Made by a program: the position numbers and the translations under genes
The notes under the pieces: generated by a model
Told to the model about the DNA's origin: nothing
Databases searched by the model: none
The model's input: only the letters and a program-made list of their open reading frames with translations
Source of the DNA: Alphaproteobacteria bacterium
Lineage (GTDB): Bacteria; Pseudomonadota; Alphaproteobacteria; RF32; CAG-239
NCBI GenBank assembly: GCA_017635595.1
Contig: JAGBLF010000027.1
Span: forward strand, 24,530 to 88,529
Length of the DNA: 64,000 nt
Reading direction: 5' to 3'
In this document: positions 60,287 through 64,000 of the stretch, piece after piece
How positions within the stretch are numbered: the first letter of the stretch is position 1
Layout of the letters: each line of letters starts with the position of its first letter

Positions 60287-61012
60287 CTAAATTCCTTTTT
60301 TTGTTACCGTTTGTTTGCGGATGAATAAAAACTGGGAAAAACTATACAAATAAATCCTCAAAACGTCAAGAAAGGATAAGAACATTTGTTGATTTTTTTC
60401 ATATTTTTCGACCAAAACTGCAGCTGTATTAAGTAAAATTGCTGCTTTGTATTTCAAGCGTTTTGAGCGCACAATAGAGAGCAATACGCCGGCATTTTTC
60501 AGTAGCCCCGTCAATTTACTGCAGCGTTGTTTTTTACTCCATTTAACCGATTTCAACAGAGGTGATTTGTTTTGAAACATATCTGAAAACACCAGTAATG
60601 CCAACAGGGATTGCATCGGCAGATAGGTGCTCGGATTTTCATTATTCAAAACCATTAAAAGACGGGCCAAAGGTGATGTTTCGTAGCCGATAATGTCCGA
60701 AACCTGAGTTTCCGACGTCGGCTGCTTACCGGTTGCTGTGTAGCGCCAAGCTAAAAGCGGATCTAACAACAAATACAACGATAAATTTTCAGTTACAAAC
60801 TGTTTTTGCAAGCGGGCAATAATATTGTCTTGCTGCGGAAAATCGCGGCGAATTCCCCTTTCCAGCAATCGAATTTTCTCGGCTTTGACCTCTGCCGACA
60901 CACCTTTTTGCCCAAAATGTTCATTTCCGATTTTCAAATATTTGATATAAAGATCAACCAGTGGCTGCTGGTACGGCCTGACCAAATCTGTTATCAGTGC
61001 TTGCTTAAACAT
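60287..61012 (-). CDS. Degenerate squalene-synthase-like (HpnC-like) paralogue with no Asp-rich motifs.
   Basis: Weak resemblance to the HpnC core ([10 protein letters not shown]; [12 protein letters not shown]...[14 protein letters not shown]). Separated from the next ORF only by an in-frame TAG. Confidence 0.35.
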   Translation of the reverse strand: MFKQALITDLVRPYQQPLVDLYIKYLKIGNEHFGQKGVSAEVKAEKIRLLERGIRRDFPQQDNIIARLQKQFVTENLSLYLLLDPLLAWRYTATGKQPTSETQVSDIIGYETSPLARLLMVLNNENPSTYLPMQSLLALLVFSDMFQNKSPLLKSVKWSKKQRCSKLTGLLKNAGVLLSIVRSKRLKYKAAILLNTAAVLVEKYEKNQQMFLSFLDVLRIYLYSFSQFLFIRKQTVTKKGI

Positions 61013-62351
61013 TCAACAGCTCCCGCCAGTTTTTGAAATCGGCAAGAGCGCGTTTACAATATGCTTCTTTTCGGTCGGCTCCTTTTATTTTCCGAAATTT
61101 TCCGTTCACGGTTATTTCTCCCCGAATAGTCGGGAAAATACCGAAATTAATGTTCATCGGCTGATAGCACCCCGTTGTATCTTGCAAATGTTGTAACATT
61201 GCACCGGTTGCCGTGGTTTTCGGCGGCACAATCGGCGTTAATCCGTTGACAAGCGCGGCAGCATAATAACCGGCAAGCATGCCGACATCAGCACTTTCGA
61301 CATATCCTTCACAGCCGCTTATCTGCCCGGCAAACATAACGTTCGGTTGCGCTTTTAGGCGTAAAAATTCATCCAACAACTCGGGACTTTTTATAAACGT
61401 GTTTTTATGTATACCGCCCAGCCTTGCAAATTCGGCATGTTCCAATCCGGGAATCATTCTGAAGATCCGTTCTTGTTCACCGTATTTCAATTTGGTTTGA
61501 AAACCGACTATATTGCGCAAAGTATCTTCTTTATTATCCTGACGCAACTGTACAACGGCATACGGTTTTTCCGTACTGTGCGGGTTAGTTAAACCGACAG
61601 GTTTCATAGGGCCGAACAGCAAAGTATCGCGGCCGCGTTCGGCCATAACTTCGATAGGCAGACAACCGTCAAAGTAATTAGGTGCTTCAAAGTCATGAAA
61701 CGGCATTTTTTCGGCACTCAACAGTGCATCAACGAATTGATAATACTGTTCCTCACTCATCGGGCAGTTGATGTAATCAAATTTATCGCCTTTATCATAG
61801 CGAGATTGATACCAAGCTTTTGTAAAATCTATACTTTCTTTATAAACAACCGGTGCAATGGCATCGTAAAATGACAATGAATTATGATTGACTTTTTGCA
61901 ATATTGCCTCAATAAAATCCGGACTGGTCAGCGGTCCCGTGGCAATAATGGTCAGCGGATCATCGGCTTGAGGAAACGCGGTTATTTCACCGGTAATGAT
62001 CTCGATATTAGAAAATTTTGATAACTCTGCCGTTACCATCGCCGAAAAACCTTCTCTATCAACCGCCAATGCCCCGCCGGCCGGAACTTTGCAAGTATCG
62101 GCACAGCGCATAATCAGCGAATCAAACAACCGCATTTCCTGATGCATTAACCCGACGGCATTATGCTCATAGTCATCGGCTCGAAAAGAATTTGAACACA
62201 CCAATTCCGCAAAATTATTACTCTTGTGCGCCGGTGAAAATTTACCGGGCTTCATCTCAAATAATTTAACGTTGATTCCTCTTTTAGCCAATTGCCAAGC
62301 GGCCTCACAACCGGCTAAACCGGCGCCAATGATATGCACTGTTTTATCCAT
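61005..62351 (-). CDS. trmFO: Methylenetetrahydrofolate--tRNA-(uracil54-C5)-methyltransferase TrmFO.
   Basis: FAD-binding [21 protein letters not shown] and the TrmFO/Gid family blocks throughout; 448 aa. Confidence 0.9.
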   Translation of the reverse strand: MDKTVHIIGAGLAGCEAAWQLAKRGINVKLFEMKPGKFSPAHKSNNFAELVCSNSFRADDYEHNAVGLMHQEMRLFDSLIMRCADTCKVPAGGALAVDREGFSAMVTAELSKFSNIEIITGEITAFPQADDPLTIIATGPLTSPDFIEAILQKVNHNSLSFYDAIAPVVYKESIDFTKAWYQSRYDKGDKFDYINCPMSEEQYYQFVDALLSAEKMPFHDFEAPNYFDGCLPIEVMAERGRDTLLFGPMKPVGLTNPHSTEKPYAVVQLRQDNKEDTLRNIVGFQTKLKYGEQERIFRMIPGLEHAEFARLGGIHKNTFIKSPELLDEFLRLKAQPNVMFAGQISGCEGYVESADVGMLAGYYAAALVNGLTPIVPPKTTATGAMLQHLQDTTGCYQPMNINFGIFPTIRGEITVNGKFRKIKGADRKEAYCKRALADFKNWRELLNV

Positions 62352-62475
62352 TTTTTACCCCTTGAGCTAATTTAATGCCTTTTTGTACGCTTGTAAACCT
62401 GAAATATTTGAGTTATTAAGCTTTTTTTAAATTGAATCCTTTATTATGTGCAACAAGTAAAACAAGAGGAAATCA

Positions 62476-63348
62476 ATGAAGTCACTTACCGATTGTTACA
62501 TTTGCATTGCTGTATTTGCCTTATTTATAGGACTTTCATCGGCAGCTTCGGCAGAAAATACGCCTCAAGTTGTAGATGATGGTACTTCGTTTGCCGATTT
62601 TGTACAGCAAAATGCACCGGAAGCAGAAAATACGCCTTCTTCAAAAGAAGACGAAGATTCGGGTTGGTGGGGAAGCAATATAGCTTCCAAAATAGCCTCT
62701 AAAACTTTGTCTGCCGTCCAGAACGATAAACCGGCAGTCGCTAAGCGCTCTAATGCTTCGGTATTCGATATTGCCGGCGTTATGCTGAGAATGGATAAAG
62801 AACAGGTTATTGAAGCATTGCAAAAGCGCGGTTACAAAAAAATTTCGGAACATTTGGAAATCCCGAATTTTATCCGCTGGCGTTATGAAGAACAGTGCCG
62901 CCATCAAGATATTATCGGATATGAAAGAATTGCCAACTGCGTCTTTCTTATGGCTCGCAAAAATAATCATCAGTACGTACAACAGATGAAATTCAGCAAT
63001 TTTCACACTAAAGAAACCATGGATATCCAGTTGACCAGTAACTTTACAGGCAATAAAGCTTATCGTATATTGTATATATCTGAAGCCGCCGATATAAAAG
63101 GAAGCGGCGCAAAGGCAGATTATTTGCGTAATCTTAAAATTTTTGATTTCTGGAAAAAAATCAATCAAAAATACGGTCAACCGGATAATAAAGAGCTGGT
63201 TATGTGGGGGTTAGGCGAGAAAAAACCGAGTTTGCGTGCCAAAAACGGTAAACTTCTGCTGGAAGATCCTATGCTTTTGGAACTCGACTACACCAGAATG
63301 TCGAGAGAAGACAAAAAGTTTATGAATACGGCCATTTATACTTTTTAG
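62476..63348 (+). CDS. Secreted hypothetical protein.
   Basis: Signal peptide ...FIGLSSAASA; no recognised domain. Confidence 0.45.
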   Translation: MKSLTDCYICIAVFALFIGLSSAASAENTPQVVDDGTSFADFVQQNAPEAENTPSSKEDEDSGWWGSNIASKIASKTLSAVQNDKPAVAKRSNASVFDIAGVMLRMDKEQVIEALQKRGYKKISEHLEIPNFIRWRYEEQCRHQDIIGYERIANCVFLMARKNNHQYVQQMKFSNFHTKETMDIQLTSNFTGNKAYRILYISEAADIKGSGAKADYLRNLKIFDFWKKINQKYGQPDNKELVMWGLGEKKPSLRAKNGKLLLEDPMLLELDYTRMSREDKKFMNTAIYTF

Positions 63349-63357
63349 GAAAATTAT

Positions 63358-63966
63358 ATGTTATACAGTCATACAGAACTTGTGGAGATTGTCAGTACCC
63401 GTATAGCTCATGATATCGGCGGAAATATCGGTGCATTAGGTTCGGCTTTGGAATTGATTGCCGGCAATAACAATGAACTTGATGAAGACACTCTTAAAAT
63501 TATTACAGCGGCAACTTCTACACTTAAAGCAAGACAACGCTTTTTGCGCATTGCGTTCGGCTTAAATTCAAAAGCAACAAACGCCGATGAACTGAAATCA
63601 ATTTGTAACGATTACCTGAAAACATTGGGAAATCCGGCCACTCCGATTGAGCTGAAAATAAATTCAATTTCTCCGGATATTGCCAAATTGGTATTTTTAA
63701 GTGTTATGAGTGCAGCGGATGTTTGTATGCGCGGCGGCCAAATATCCATCGATTTAAATAAAGAAAATATGATTATTAATGTCAAATCGAATTCAAAACT
63801 TATTGCTGCAAAAATTGATGTATACCGAGATATTATAGACGGCAAAAAACCCGATGAATATATCTCGCAATATATTCAATTTATTTTCTTGCGTGAAATA
63901 TTGGGCGTGGATGTACCGATGAAATTAATGTCAACAGAAAATGAAATGACATTAATCATCGGCTAA
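63358..63966 (+). CDS. chpT: ChpT-like histidine phosphotransferase (CtrA phosphorelay).
   Basis: H-box-like RIAHDIGGNIGALGSALELI, matching the ChpT pattern RxAHDLxxPLGAI as recalled. It is ~200 aa with a degenerate HATPase-like C-terminal half. Confidence 0.6.
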   Translation: MLYSHTELVEIVSTRIAHDIGGNIGALGSALELIAGNNNELDEDTLKIITAATSTLKARQRFLRIAFGLNSKATNADELKSICNDYLKTLGNPATPIELKINSISPDIAKLVFLSVMSAADVCMRGGQISIDLNKENMIINVKSNSKLIAAKIDVYRDIIDGKKPDEYISQYIQFIFLREILGVDVPMKLMSTENEMTLIIG

Positions 63967-64000
63967 TTTTTGTTTTTCAATGTAAAAATAAACCCGCCGA

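Noticed and set aside
59456-61012. The two squalene-synthase-like ORFs as a single gene interrupted by an in-frame TAG (a pseudogene).
   Set aside because: The combined length (~518 aa) is nearly twice that of a squalene/phytoene synthase. Adjacent hpnC/hpnD paralogues are the simpler explanation, and the shared frame is a 1-in-3 coincidence.

Overview
The window is AT-rich and densely coding. It reads as a reduced, probably host-associated alphaproteobacterial chromosome segment. Three things point to Alphaproteobacteria: the ATP synthase genes are split into atpH-atpA-atpG-atpD-atpC, a ChpT-like histidine phosphotransferase is present, and a CcrM-family adenine methyltransferase is present.

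The content is mostly housekeeping:
- Nucleoside salvage: a 5'-truncated deoA and a ushA-like 5'-nucleotidase.
- Translation, folding and core metabolism: tRNA-Lys(CTT), fmt, ppiD, tpiA, secG, pyrG, ugd.
- A compacted division cluster on the minus strand, mraY-ftsW-murB-ftsQ-ftsA-ftsZ, with murD, murG, murC and ddl absent from their usual positions.
- atpHAGDC followed directly by a GDSL-family hydrolase.
- A large autotransporter divergent from clpB, which has a sigma-32-like promoter.
- scoA/scoB, ruvC, yebC and ftsH.
- A cluster ending in PTS EIIA(Man) and HPr, with a CcrM-like methyltransferase translationally coupled behind HPr.
- tsaB, ihfB, accD, trmFO and chpT.

Several things do not fit housekeeping:
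1. A two-gene minus-strand operon (50971-55412) encodes a 1195-aa protein with a prepilin/TadE-like N-terminal helix, preceded by a Cys-rich membrane-anchored partner. I know of no established system it matches, and it is my best candidate for an undescribed surface-appendage or adhesin module.
2. A 70-aa ORF carries an NrdD-like glycyl-radical motif and sits directly downstream of two tandem NrdR-box-like palindromes spaced 31 bp apart.
3. The 3' end of tRNA-Lys is duplicated as a 15-bp direct repeat about 300 bp downstream, bracketing a purine-rich segment. This looks like an att-site remnant.
4. A perfect 33-bp in-frame tandem repeat lies in an AsmA-like membrane protein.
5. Two tandem squalene/phytoene-synthase-like paralogues downstream of trmFO have lost the aspartate-rich catalytic motifs.
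6. A DEAD-box-like protein downstream of ftsH lacks motif II and the helicase C-domain.
7. A PAS-only membrane protein and an unidentified small ORF occupy the positions where a sensor kinase and HprK would be expected.

No CRISPR arrays, transposases or rRNA genes were seen.
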